Origin: Candidatus Woesearchaeota archaeon
Lineage (GTDB): Archaea > Nanobdellota > Nanobdellia > Woesearchaeales > 21-14-0-10-32-9
DNA: 64,000 nucleotides
Assembly: GCA_021736975.1 (NCBI GenBank)
Contig: JAIPET010000003.1
Span: 1,452 to 65,451, forward strand
Direction: 5' to 3'
The notes beneath the pieces are model-generated. The model was not told the origin of the DNA. It saw only the letters and a list, made by a program, of their open reading frames with translations, and did no database searches. Shown in pieces: positions 1-15,000 of the stretch. Position 1 is the stretch's first letter; every line of letters starts with the position of its first letter. The translations under genes and the position numbers were made by a program.

Positions 1-44
1 AAGCACAAAAATATGAAGACCTTTTAAAAAAACCAATAAGAATA

Positions 45-3000
45 ATGTCTTCAGAAGGACAAACTAATAGAATAAAATATGAAATAATTAACACAAGACA
101 ATATAAAAATCTAAACACTAAAGATCAAACTATAAATTTAGCACAAACGCAAACACAAACAAAATATGATCTTCTAATGAATTTAAATCAAACAATAGAA
201 GAAAATACAACAATAATGTTAGAAGAAACACAAATTCCAGAAATAAATACAGAATTAAGAATAGAAAAATTACAAAAACAAGGTCAAAAAATAAATGGTG
301 AAGAAATATTAAAAAGTTATGCGATGGACTTATCAAATTTAGACTTTACAAAAGGAACATTTACGACAAAAGCAAAAGGAAAACAACTTTTCAAATGTAA
401 AGACTGGAATTATTCATCTCAACAATGCTTAGGAACTTGGAAAAAAATAAAAGACTTAATACCAGGCCAAGAATATGAAATAATAATAACTCCAGAAGAT
501 CCAGGATATATAGAAACAACCTTAACAATATTAAATGTAAAAAGTAATCCATTACTAAACAATTACTGGACAATAAATTTTACAACAATAGGAAAAGAAA
601 ATATAATAATAAAACCTATTTCACAAACAACCTGGAGAAAACCAAATGAAAACAATCCTGCAGACTTAGAATTTACAACCTTAACATGCGGTCAAAAAAC
701 AATAATACCTACATGGAATAAAAACACAATTGACATTGAAAATTATGAATGTAATGAAACATCACAACTAAAAATATTTGAATTAACAGAAGGAAAACAC
801 ACAATGTATTTCCAATTTGGAAATGATTCTGCCCTAGCATTTAATGACGCATCAGGATGGTACAACCAATTATGGGAAAAATGCAAAGATATAAACATAA
901 CAAACTTTGCAGGTCAAATATTATATAATTACACAACACTTCTAAAAATTCCTTATGATTCACAAATGCAATCAGATTATGAAGATTTAAGATTTACAGA
1001 TCAAGCATGCGGACAAGGAGGACAAGAAATAGGATACGATATAGAAACATACAATTCCACAGAAGCAATGACTTGGGTAAGAATACCAACACTAAATACA
1101 TCAGGAACAACAATAAGTATGTATTACTCAAACCCAACAGCACTAAACGGAGAAAATGAAGATGATGCATGGAGATCAGATTATGGAATAGTATATCATA
1201 TGGATTCTTTAGGATTGGATTCTTCAGGAAATGGAAATGATAGAACCGCAGATGATGGAACGCCAACATCAACAAATACAATTTTAGGATATGGTATAAC
1301 ATTTAACGGTTCAACAGCATGGGACATGACGAACATAGGCTACTGGGAATCTTCATTTAGTGAAAGAACACATGAAGTAATATTTGAAACTTCAAATAAT
1401 GTTTCAGGAAGACAAACAATCTTAGCCGAAGGAGGAGGAACAAACGGATTAATGCTATATATTTTAGATGGAATCATATATTCAAGATGGTGGTCTGAAG
1501 GAGGCGCAGTAAATATGGGTGGAGCATTACTAAACACAACAATTTCTCCAAACAGTTTATACTATTTAACCATGACATATAATAATGAGACAAATTATAC
1601 TTTATACATAAATAAAACAAGAATATCTTTCAATTACTCAACAGACATAATAGATGCTCATGGAGGAAATGGAGGAATAGGATATACAGGACCAGACTCA
1701 AAAGACTTTGAAGATACTGCAGGTCAAGGATATTATTTTAAAGGAACAATACACGAATTAAGAGCTCAAGATAAAGAACTTACCTGGGCAGAAATAAATC
1801 AAACATACGAAAATATATTTAATAACACAAATAGTTTTACAATAGGTTCCGCACAAGAAGTACCAACAAATAAAACAGATATTACAATAAACATATATGA
1901 TATGTTAAATAATTCAGATTACTCAGATGACATATTATTAAATTCAATAACATATTATAATGAATCAATAAACGGAGGAAAAATAGACTTTGGACGAATA
2001 ACACAAATTGATTCAGATAACACATATAGAATAGAAATAGTATTAAATATGAAAACAGACTTTGAAATAGATGCAGACTACTTCAAAGAAACATTCATAA
2101 AAACAAAAAATAATGTTAGTTTCTCAACACAAAATACAACAACACAACCAGAATTTATAATAGGAACAAGTTACGTACCAACAGATGGATATTGGACTCA
2201 AGACATATTTTATTCACAAACAGTAAACTCAAATTACACAAATTCTGCAGTAGGAGAATTCGGATATATTGATGGGGATCCAGACATAGTTGCAATATAT
2301 AATAATGATTTGAAAGTTTATCAAACACCACAAGATACATATTATGGAGGAGATTGGACAGAATATGTAGCTAACACAGATGTAGGCACAATAAGTTTTG
2401 ATAACAAAGTAGTTCTTGCAGATATAGATAGAGATGGATATTTAGATGCATTTGTAGCCAATGATAATGAAGATATCAGGGCATATCAAAATCCAAAAGA
2501 TCCATTTGGAACAACATGGACAGAAAGAATGATAGATTCAAGTTTAAATGCAAGAGACGTAACTGCATTAGCTGCAGGAGATTTAGATAATGACGGATGG
2601 ATAGATGTATGTGGTGGAATAGAAGCAAGAGATGACATATACTGTTTTCAAAATGATGGAACTCCGTGGGATGCAGATTGGGTACAAAGCACAATAGAAT
2701 TAGCTGCGGGAGGAGATCTTGAAGATATAGTTATAGCAGACATAAATAGAGATGGTTTACAAGATATTATTGCTTCAGTACAAGGAGTAAACGATATAAC
2801 TTGGTGGGAAAATGATGGAACTCCATGGGACGGTGTGAGCTGGACTCCAAGAGACATAGATACAAATACAGGACAACTCTCAAATGTAGTGAAAGTTGTT
2901 GATTTAGATTTAGATGGAGATTTAGACGTAGTACAAGGAGATGATGGAGGAGATATAGCAATATATGAAAACAACGGATCTAATCCACCAGGCTTCACAA

Positions 3001-6000
3001 AATATTTAGCATATGACGGACCAGGAGGAGAAGATATAGTTGGATTAGCAATCGCAGATATAAATGATGACGGAAAACCAGATATAATATATGGTGCAGA
3101 ATCCGCAAATGATGTAGAATATTTAGAAAACTCAGGAACACCATGGTCAACAGGATGGACATCAGTACCAATATCAACAAATACAGGATCAACACCTTGG
3201 ACAGTAGAAATAGCAGACATAGATAAAAATGGATATGTAGATGTAATCGTAGGAAATAACGGTGCAGAAATAATTGCATATTTTAATAACGGCACACCAT
3301 CAGCAGGAGAATGGAATTCAAACATTTTAGAATCAGCAGCTGCAGGATCTGTATATTCAATAGCAATAGGAGATTTAGATAAAGATAACTATAGTAACAT
3401 ATTAGAATTTTATTATAATGCAACAGAAAATTTTGAAAATGGAACAGGAACATTTTCAGGACAAACAACATTATCACAAGGAAATCACACATTTAATTTT
3501 ATAATAACTCCAGATAATGATTTCGGAATAAATAAACCAGTAAATACATCTTTTTTCATAGGATCAGAACAATATGATGGTTGGAAAATATACGAAGAAA
3601 AAGCTGCATTAGCAGATATTTATCCAATAAGAATAACTTGGGAAGTGCTAGTTAATTATGTAGATGTAATTCCTCCAAACATATCCTTTATAGAACCACC
3701 AACACCAATAAATGGTTTAATAACAGAAAACAAAAACCAAAATTTTCTAGCAACAATAAATGAAACAAATCTAAAAGAACTAAAATTTGAATTTAATAAT
3801 ATAAATACGACACAATACTCAGAAAATTTAGTTTTAATGATGAATTTAGATAATGAATCAAGTTTAACAGAAAATAATAATTTTGTAAAAGACTTATCAA
3901 AATATTCAAATGATGGAGATCCACAAGGACAAGCGTCACCAACAACAGGAGTATACGGGGGCGCATATACATTTGATGGCTCAGGAGATTACATACAAAT
4001 AGAATCAGATTCAACACTAGATATACAAAATTTTACATTCACAACATGGTTCAAAACAGGACCAAGCACATCTTGGACATCATATCCCTCAATCATAATG
4101 AGAGGAGATGGAGGAGCAGGAAATGAATTATACATAGGATTCTCAGCATCAACACAAGACACAATAGTTGTAATTCTTGATGGATCCATACAAAACTTTG
4201 ATGGAAATGTAGATTTAATAGATCAACAATGGCATCATTTAACAGTAACATATGATAGTACAACAATATCAGTGTATATAGATGGGGAACAATATGCAAA
4301 CAATGTCTCTTTAACAAGAACATTAAATTTTGGAGGAAGATTATATTTAGGACTAGATACAGATGCACTAGATGCGAGTTTTGGAAACTATTGGAACGGA
4401 CAACTAGACGAAATAAGACTATGGAATACAACATTTAATCCGACAACAATAAATGAATGGTACACTTCAAACCTTAAAAAATACAATGATGACGAATGGA
4501 ATTTAACAGTAAATAAAACTAATTTAAATTACGGAACATATGATTATAAAATTTACGCAACAGATCATATAGACCAAACAATAAATACAACATTAAGAAA
4601 TCTAACAATAAGCCCAGATACAACATATCCTCAAATAAATTTTATATATCCAACTCCAGAAAATGCAACAGGTACATATGAAACAAATCTAAATATAAGA
4701 ACAAACATAACTGAAGAAAATATACTTTCTTTAATATATAATTGGAATGGCACAAATATAACAATTTACAACAATAGTTTAGTTCTTCAATATAATTATG
4801 ATAAAATAACAGAACTAGGAGAAAATGATTCATTTATTGTAGATACTAGTATTTACAAAAATAATGGAACTCTAAAAAATGATGCAAGATACGAACTACA
4901 AGGAAAATATAATAGAGGTGTTTACTTTGATGGAACCGGAGACTACGTAGAAATATTATCAGATACAGCTCTTGATGTTCAAGATTTTACATATATGACT
5001 TGGTTTAAAACAGGACCAAACACATCTTGGACATCATATCCTTCATTTTTTATGAGAGGAGATAGCGGAACTTCAAACGAATTATTTATAGCAATAAATG
5101 ATACAGATAATGATTCAATAGCGGTAATGCTAGATAACACAATATACTCTACAGGATCAGGAACAAATTTAATAGATCAACAATGGCATCATTTAGCAGT
5201 AACATATGATAGTTCAACAATTAAAGTCTATCTAGATGGAGAACAATATGGAAATAATATATCAGCAGTAAAAACATTAAATTTTGGAACGAGCAACGCA
5301 TGGATAGGGACAGATACAGATACATATAATGGGAACTTTGGAAATTACTGGAATGGAACATTTGACGAATCAAGACTTTGGAATGTATCTTTAGATGCTC
5401 AAAGTATTAACAAAGCATATAATTCAAATTTAGAAAAAACAGGAAATCAAACTTGGATATTAAACACATATGAAAATAATTTAGGAATAGGAACATACAC
5501 ATTTCAAACATTTATAGAAGATACAGGAACAAACACAAACACAACAGGAGAATATAGTGTAAACTTATTTGAAACAGGAGTATTAGATTATGATGAAGCA
5601 GCAGATATATCGATAGCAGCACTTGATGATTTTACAGTAGCAATAGCATGGATAGATCAAAATTCATACAACGCATCATTTGAAATATGGCAAGCAAATA
5701 AAACAAGACTAGTAGACAAAACAACATTTGAATTTGATGGAAATGCAAATAGCAGAATATCAATAACGCCAATAAGTTCAACACAATTTGCAATAGGAAT
5801 AATAGATGGACCTGAAAGTGACTTAGACATATGGATATATGATGTAGATGGAAACGAAATATTATCTAGAACAGAATTAGACAACAATTTAGCAAGTTTT
5901 ACAGATGTATCCTTAACACCATTAACAGACAGATTTATAGTATGTAATGCAAATGATGCAGATAACGACGCAGATTATAGAATAATATCTTTAGCAGGAA

Positions 6001-9000
6001 CTGATTTGTATGGAGAACAATTTGTAGATGGAAATATGAATCCTGAAGCATTATCGCAAAATTTAATATCTTGTTCATCAATAGGAGATGGCGACTGGGT
6101 ATACTCTTGGTATGATGACGGATCAAACGATATATCTTTTGCAATAGTTAATGAAACAAACACTATAGAAATAACAGAAACAGATTTAGATCTTGATGTT
6201 GGAGAAACAGCACAAGTAGCAATGACCGGACTTACAGATAAAAAATTTGCGATAGCATATTACGATTCAAATGATGACAACATATATTTATCAATAAGAC
6301 AACACTCGCCATATGGATTAGTGACTGTTCTTGATAAAACACTAGATACAAATTTAGGAGGAGATACAAAATTAGCATTATCAGAAATAAACAAACAAGG
6401 AATAAGCGAATTCGTAGTTGCATGGCAAAAAAATGGAGCAATAACAACAGAAATATATGACGACATAGGTAATATAGTAACGCCAAAATATAATATAACC
6501 TTAAACTCGAATATAAATTATCAATTAATAGGACTTGAAAGCTATCATTCACCAACAACAACAGGATTATGCTCAGGAACTTTTGTAATAGGATATACAA
6601 ATGATGAAAATAAAACAGTATTTTCATTTGAAAAAACTGATGGGACAGAATGGGATGGAGGAAGTTGTGATAATACGCCTCCAAATATTACTTTTGTAGA
6701 TCCAACATTACCAAATGGAACTGTAAGTAATTTAACCACAGTATATACAAATATTTCCATAAACGAATCAGAACTAGGACTTTTTAAATTTCAATGGGAA
6801 GGACAAAATACAACAATATACAACGAATCACTAATAATAGGATTTAATTTTGATAAAGAAACATCAATAGGGGAAACTAACACTAATTTACACGACATAA
6901 GCATATATCAAAATAATGGAACTTTAAATGGCGGAGAAGGAGATGAATACACAGCAAATGGAAAACATAATGGAGCATACGACTTAGACGGATTTGATGA
7001 TTTAATAGAAACAAACGACATATCAGAAATAGATAGTGCAGAAGAATTAACAATAAGTGCATGGATAAAAGTAGATGATTTAAATGACGATGGAACAATA
7101 ATAGCAAAAGATGACTTTGTATCAAACCCACTTCTTTTATTATATAGAGATGAAACAGGAAAAGGAGGAAGAACAGACGCATTTACTGCAATAATAAGTG
7201 ATGGAACAACTAATGCAACTTTAACAACTACAACAAGTTCTTCTAATGATAATAATTGGCATCATATAGCTATGACATTTAAAGCAGGATCAACACAAGG
7301 ATTGAGAATTTATATAGATGGACAAGAAGATCCAAATAGTAATGTTTCAACAATAGGAATATCAAATTTAAATTCAAACTCATACACATTAAGAATTGGA
7401 GCACCACACGTAACACTAAATAAAAATTTAGACGGATCAATAGATGAATTAATGATATATAATAGAGAATTAACATCTCAAGAAATTACAGAATTATATA
7501 AAGGATATTTAAAAAAATATGATACGGACAAATACTATTATTTTTCAAATCATTCAAATTTAATATATGATACTTACTCATTTAAAGGATATTCAGAAGA
7601 CATAATAGGAAATCCATCAGAAACAGATTTAAGATCAACAATACTAGCACCAGATCCATTTGCACCAGAAATAACCTTTGTACCTCCAACATATTCTGAC
7701 GGCGCATTAACAACAGACAGATTCGTACCAATAAACGTATCGATAAAAGAAACAAACCTGGCGAATGTATTAATAGAATGGAATAATACCAATCAAACAC
7801 TAATGGACAATTCATTAGTTTTAATATATAATTTTGACAACATAAGTGACTTGGGAGAAAATAATTCATATGTAAAAGATAATTCACCAAATAATTTACA
7901 AGGAACAATATATGGCACTCCTTATTTTAACAATTCAGGAAAATACTATGGATCAATAAAAACAGGAACAGGAAATTTTGTAAGAAATGATTATGTATCA
8001 GAATATATATCGGAACAAAATTTTACAATATTAATGTGGACAAAAAAATCATCATCAACACCACAACAATTTATATTAGGAATAAATTCAAATAACGGAG
8101 TAACAAATAGATTATTATTAGGTCATCAAAATGCACAAACAAACATGTCATTATATGATGAAAATGAAGGATGGGTAACAACAAATGCAAACATAAATGA
8201 CGATGAATGGCATCAAATAGGTTTAAGATATGACGTGACAACCGGAAATATGTCATTAATATACGATGGACAATTTATTCAAAATTATACGAGTTCAGTA
8301 AATATCGCAACAGATGATAGATTTGTGCTAGGCGCAGAATACGACGGCGCAAGCGCAGGAGATTACTGGCAAGGGCACATAGATGAATTAAAAGTATTTT
8401 CAAGAAGTTTAACAAAAGAAGAAATACAATATAATTATAATTCAAATCTAAATAGATTAAATTCATCCTATTGGATCTTATATTCAAATCAAACAAATTT
8501 AACTTTAGGAACATATTCATATAAAATATCAGCATCAGACGTACCGACAAGTTCAACAATATCAGAAACAAGAACAATAACAATATTTGACAAATACATA
8601 ATAGATTATAATCAAGCAATAGATATAGAAATGACTCCTCTTGACAACACAACAATAGTATATGCTTGGATTGATGCATCAACAAACTATGCAAATTTTG
8701 AAATATTTGATACAAATGGAACAAGAATAATAGATGAAATAACAATAGATACAGATGGAGGACCATATAGTAGAATATCTGTAGCTGCAATAAATACAAA
8801 TAAATTTGTAATCGCATTAGGAGATGATCCGGACGATGATTTAGCGTATTGGATATATGATAGAGATGGAATCCTAGTAAGTGCAGAATCAATAATAGAT
8901 ACAAACATAGGCGTAAATTTTGATTTATCTATAGCTGAATTAGGAGATAGATTTGTAATTTGTAATGCGAATGATAACGATAATGATGCAGATTTTAGAA

Positions 9001-12000
9001 TATATGATAATTCAGGAACAGATATATCCGGAGAATTAAATGTAGATGGAAATATGAACCCAGATTCACAATCAACAAACTATGTTGATTGTGCAAGTTT
9101 AGGAGATGGAGATTGGGTATATTCTTGGTATGATGACAACTCAAATGCAATAAGAGTTTCAGCAAGAGATGAAAATGGAACAATATATCAAACAATAACA
9201 CCAGATTCAAATATTGGAGAACAAGGACAAATAGCAGTAACAGGATTAAGAAATAAAAGATTTGCAACATCATTTTTTGATGATTCAACAAATGAAATAC
9301 AAATGAATGTATATTTATTAAGTGGCGCTAGCATAGTTTCTATTTTAGCAAACACAGTAATAGATACAGGCATATCAGCATCAAACATAGAAATAGCAGA
9401 AGTAGAAGATTCAGGAGAAAGTTACTTTGTAATAGCATGGCAAGATGATGTTGATGGAACAATAAAAGCAGCAACATATGACGATTCAGGAATAGAAAGA
9501 ACAGCACCATTTAATATAACAACAAATCCTAATCAAAATTACCAATTAATAGATGTTGCAGGTTTTTATTCTTCACTAGGATTTGGACTTTGCGATGAAT
9601 CATTTGCAATAGGAATAACAAACTCAACAAATCACACAACTTTCAAAACATACAATTTAGATGGAATTGAATGGAACGGACAATGCATAATAGATACAAC
9701 ACCTCCAAACATAACATTAAATGAACCAACAAACGGACAAACTCTAAATAACTACACAGTAACATTCAACTGGACAGCCACAGATAATGATGCGATAAAC
9801 ATGACTTGTGACCTAATAATAGATGACATAACAAGAGAAACAGGAACAATTTTAACAAACAACACATCATATTCAACAACAGCAAACGTAGGAATAGGAT
9901 TACACGAATGGTACGTAGAATGTACAGATGAAGAAGCAAACACAGGAACAAGCGATACAAGAACATTCACAATAAACATACTAAGTAATACTAATAATGT
10001 TACGTTAGATAGATTAGGAACGCTTGGAACATTAATATATCAAGACACAGATAATGCAGGAACACCATTACAAAGAAACTGGACAGGAACACTAGGTGCA
10101 GAAGAAATATTAGCACCAGATTTAGGAGCAATAATAAGCTGGCAAAAATTCATATGCTCAAAAATAAATCCTGAATGCTACTTAGTAGCACAAGAAACAG
10201 ACAACTCAATAGACTTCTTAGTTTATAATTTAGAAACAAGAATATGGCATAATCAAACAACTCTAACAGCAAACAGAGGATTAGATGATCAAAGAAGCTT
10301 TGATATAGCCTGTGAAGATGATGGAGTAAGCGAAGAATGTTTAATAATATATGAAACATCAACAGCAGCAAATAATGAATTTGAATATAGAATATGGGAT
10401 GGACAAAATATTAGTTCTGCAAATACTGTTGTAGTAACAGAAGCACCAAATAATGATTTTAGATGGGTATCATTATATCCACAAAAAGGAACTAATACAA
10501 TAGGATTAGTTGTACAAAATGATGCTGGTGCCAGAAATAGATATTCTATGATTTGGAACGGAGATAACAATTCAATAATAAATCAACATAACTTATCATT
10601 AAATGCAGCAGGAAACGATAGAAAACAATATGATTGTGCATGGGAAGGAAGTTCAGGAAAATTAATATGTGCTTACGGAGAAAACACAGATGATTTATTT
10701 GCAAAAGAATACAATCCTTCAACACAAGAATGGAGCTACATAGGAAACATATATCCTGCATTAGGAGCACAAGCAAGAGAAGTAACACTATGTGGAGAAA
10801 CACCATATACATCAGATTTTACACATGATTATATAGGTATAATGACTTGTGATCAAGATGAAGATAGAGATGGAGGCATATGGGATGGAAACACATTTTC
10901 AAAAGCAGCAATAGGAGATACGCCTTCTCAAGATACTGCTAGTGAATGTGATGCAAACGAAAATAATCCAGAATTATACTCGCAAGCATGCGCATTTGAA
11001 AGATCAGGAGATCAAATAATATTTACTTGGGTTGATGCAAACGAGAATTTCCCAGAAGGAGGAACATACACAATAAGTTCAGACGAATGGTCATTTACAA
11101 CATGGGGAGATGGAATTCCAATAGGAATATCAGGAACAGATGATGTTGAAGAAATACAATTAATTCCAAACCCGGTAACTGATGAAATATTTTTAATTGA
11201 TCAAGATGCATCAGAAGAATTAAGTTGCGCAATATGGACTGGCAGAGCATTCACAGCAACAGATTGTGGAGATTATGAATTAACAGGACCTGCAACGGCA
11301 CAAGGAGCATATATAAGTTATGACTGGATAAGATTTGACTCACAACCAAGAATAATATTTAACGAACCACTAGATGAACGAACATACACATACTCAGGAA
11401 TAACAACAAATACATTCACACACGAAGCATATTATGGTGCAACACTAAATCTTCCAGGAACACCACCTTTAACAACTAATGAAACAAATAATTCAGGATA
11501 CACAGCTATGTCGATAGCAGATAATAATTATTTTACAACCACGATAACAACAACAGGAGGAGAAAGAGCATACCAAAATTTCAAATTTGAAATACAACAA
11601 ACACCAGATGAAATAGGGGAAATAAAAATATTCCACGAAGGATACGCAACAGCAACAACATTCCAAACGCAAGATACATATTATTTTTACATCTATAATC
11701 ATACTTCAGATAATTATGTTTTATTAAAAACAAATGATAATACTCATGCTTATGATATATTTACAGAAATAAAAATACAATCAGGATTCTCAGATTTTAT
11801 TCAAGATGGAAATTTATATATTTTAATAGAAGGAAATCATCAGACTGGAGGAGGAGGAAATGCAAGAGCAGATATATACACAGATTACATAGAACTTGAC
11901 GTGAATTCAACACCAAATATAAATGAAATACAAACAATAAATATAGATGCAATAGATCAAAACGGAATAGAAGGATGTTTTTATAACTATGAAAATCTAA

Positions 12001-15000
12001 CAGGAACACTTTACTTTAATTACTCACTAACACAAATAAATTTTACAAACTTTCAAACAACATCAAACACAACCCACAGAACGGACAACTATTACCATCT
12101 AAATATGTATTGCAATGATACTTTTGACAAACAAACAAAAGAAACAGAATTAGTAAGAATAGATAATACTGTACCGCTAGTGAATTTAATAATTCCAAAT
12201 GAATCAGATTACTTTTCATATTCAGAAGTAAATTTCTCTTTTAACGCAACAGATAATTCAGACGGATTACTAAGTTGTATAATAAACACAGATGGTTCAA
12301 CAAACATAACAAACATATTATTAGATTCAGGAAATACAGCAAATGAAACAATATCAGGATTTTCAGATGGAATACACACATGGTATGCTGCATGTATGGA
12401 TGTAGCAGGAAACTGGTACACTACAGGACAAAGATCCTTCACTACAGATGCAGGCGCACCAACAATAACACTAAAAGCACCTTCAAATAATACTATAACA
12501 AACAATAACAATATACAATTCAACTACACACCTGACGATGCAATAGGACTTTCAAAATGTGAATTAATAATAAACGGCCAACTAAATCAAACAAATTCAA
12601 CAACAATTCAAAATCATTTAACCAACTCATTTACAATAAATAGCATGCCTGATGGAGCGTATAATTGGTTTGTCAACTGTACAGACTTATCAAATTTTAC
12701 AGGTTCAAGTGAAACTTGGTATCTAACAGTTGACACCACACCTCCATCAACATATCTAAATACAACGAGTGGAATAGAATTTACAAATGGATCTGCACAA
12801 TTAAATTATACAACAATAGACTTATTAGATAATAGTTTAATATGTAATATAAGTGTAGATGATGAAATAAAAGATCAAGATATAACTTCATCAAATAACA
12901 CACTTATATCAAGAAATTTAACATTAGCAGATGGAATAAAATTCTGGTATGTAACTTGTGTTGATGAAGCAGGAAACATAAACATATCAGAAACAAGAAA
13001 TTTCACATTAGGAGGCCCTCCATATATAGAAATGTACGAACCCTACTTAAATGACATAGTATCTGGAACAGATACAGATTTTAACTTTTTTGTACAAGAT
13101 GGAGACGGGGTAGATAATTGTTCATTATATATAGATGATACATATAATCAAACAATAGACGGTGGAGATTTAGATAATCCAGGAAATAATTCATTCACAG
13201 TTTCCAATATAGCTGCAGGAACACATAATTGGAGTATATATTGTATAGATTCAACATTATTATATAGAATAACAGATGCAATAAATTTCACAGTAGATAA
13301 AACAGCTCCAACTATAACTTTAGAAGAACCAATAAACGGATCACAAATAACTACAAACCCTGTAGAATTTATATTCACTCCAAATGACAATGCAGCATCA
13401 ATATTAACATGTAGTTTAATAATAGATGGAAATATTTCGACAACAAATAATAACTTTAATTCAACTAACAATGAAGCAACATCTGTTTATGAAACAATAT
13501 CTAACGGCAATCATAATTGGAGCGTAACTTGTAAAGATAGCGTAGAAAATTCAAATACATCAATAACAAAATATTTCTCATTATTAGCACCATTAACAGT
13601 AATAATAGAAACAAATGAAACAGCATATAATGGCGGAGAAACCGCGGGAATAACAACAAACACAACAGATGAATCAAATAATTCAATAAACGCTACAACT
13701 ATAACAGATATAATATATACTAATACAACAATAACTCAAGCACCATGGTGGAACATAAATTGGAAAGAAAGAAAACCAATAATAATAACAGAAAATGACA
13801 ACAGGACAAGAACAAACGATTTAATAAAAATAAACATAACAAATATAGATATAACAAATTGTCAAAATGAAATACGATTAGTCAAATTCATCCAACATCA
13901 AAATACTGAAATAGCCAGAAACATATTGAGTGGAGACAATTCTACATATTGTGAGATAGAATTTTATACAAATATAACTCAAGGAGATATATTAAACGAT
14001 ACTTATTTTGTATATTATAATTATTCATCAGCTCCAGCAACCGCACCCACAATTTCTGATAATAAAGTATTAAATGTACAAAGAGATACAATAACTGCAA
14101 CAGGACAAATATTATTAGATGCAGTAAGTACAATAAATCCAGATAATTCATTCATATTATTTTCTGCAAATACAGGAAGCACAGCTCCTAATCAAAATCA
14201 ATTAACCCCCAATATAACAAGCTCAACAATAATACAATTTACAAGATACGTTGGAACAACATCAACAGATTTATCTTGGCAATTAATAGAACATAAAGAT
14301 ATAACAGCACAAAGAGGAGAAGAAACAATAACCGCGGGCTCAACAGGAACAAATGTAAATATTTCAGCTGTAAATTTAGACAATTCATTCATAATAGTAT
14401 ATGGTAGAGCAGATAGCGGAAGTGCAAATAATAATCACGACGGATACTTTACAGCAGAATTTGTTGATTCAGATACAATAAAACTAACAAGAACAAGTAC
14501 AACAAATGACGCGACAGTAAGTTGGCAAGTAGTAGAATGGCCAGATATAAATGTACAAACAGGAGTTACAAATTTTACAACCGCATCACAAACAGCACCG
14601 ATAAACACAATAAATATATCAAGATCATTTCTAATATTTGGAAAAGCAGTAAGTGGAGATACAGGACTTGATGCAAATCATATAAGAGGAAAAATAAATT
14701 CTCCATCAGAAATAGAATTTAATAGACAAGTAGGTCAAGGAAGCGCAAGTGTATCTTGGTTCGTTGTAGAATTACCAGAAGATTCAATAGTAGAATCAGG
14801 AACAAAAACAATAACTGCAGACACAACACAAACTTTAACAAACGAATTCACATTAGATCAATCATTTATGATAGATAGTTCAGATAGTTCAGGAGGCGGA
14901 ACAACATATACAAATGCAATGGTAAAAACAAATCTTAATGATTCAACAACATTATTTTTTGATAAAGAAACAACTTCAAACACAAACTACGACGATTGGT

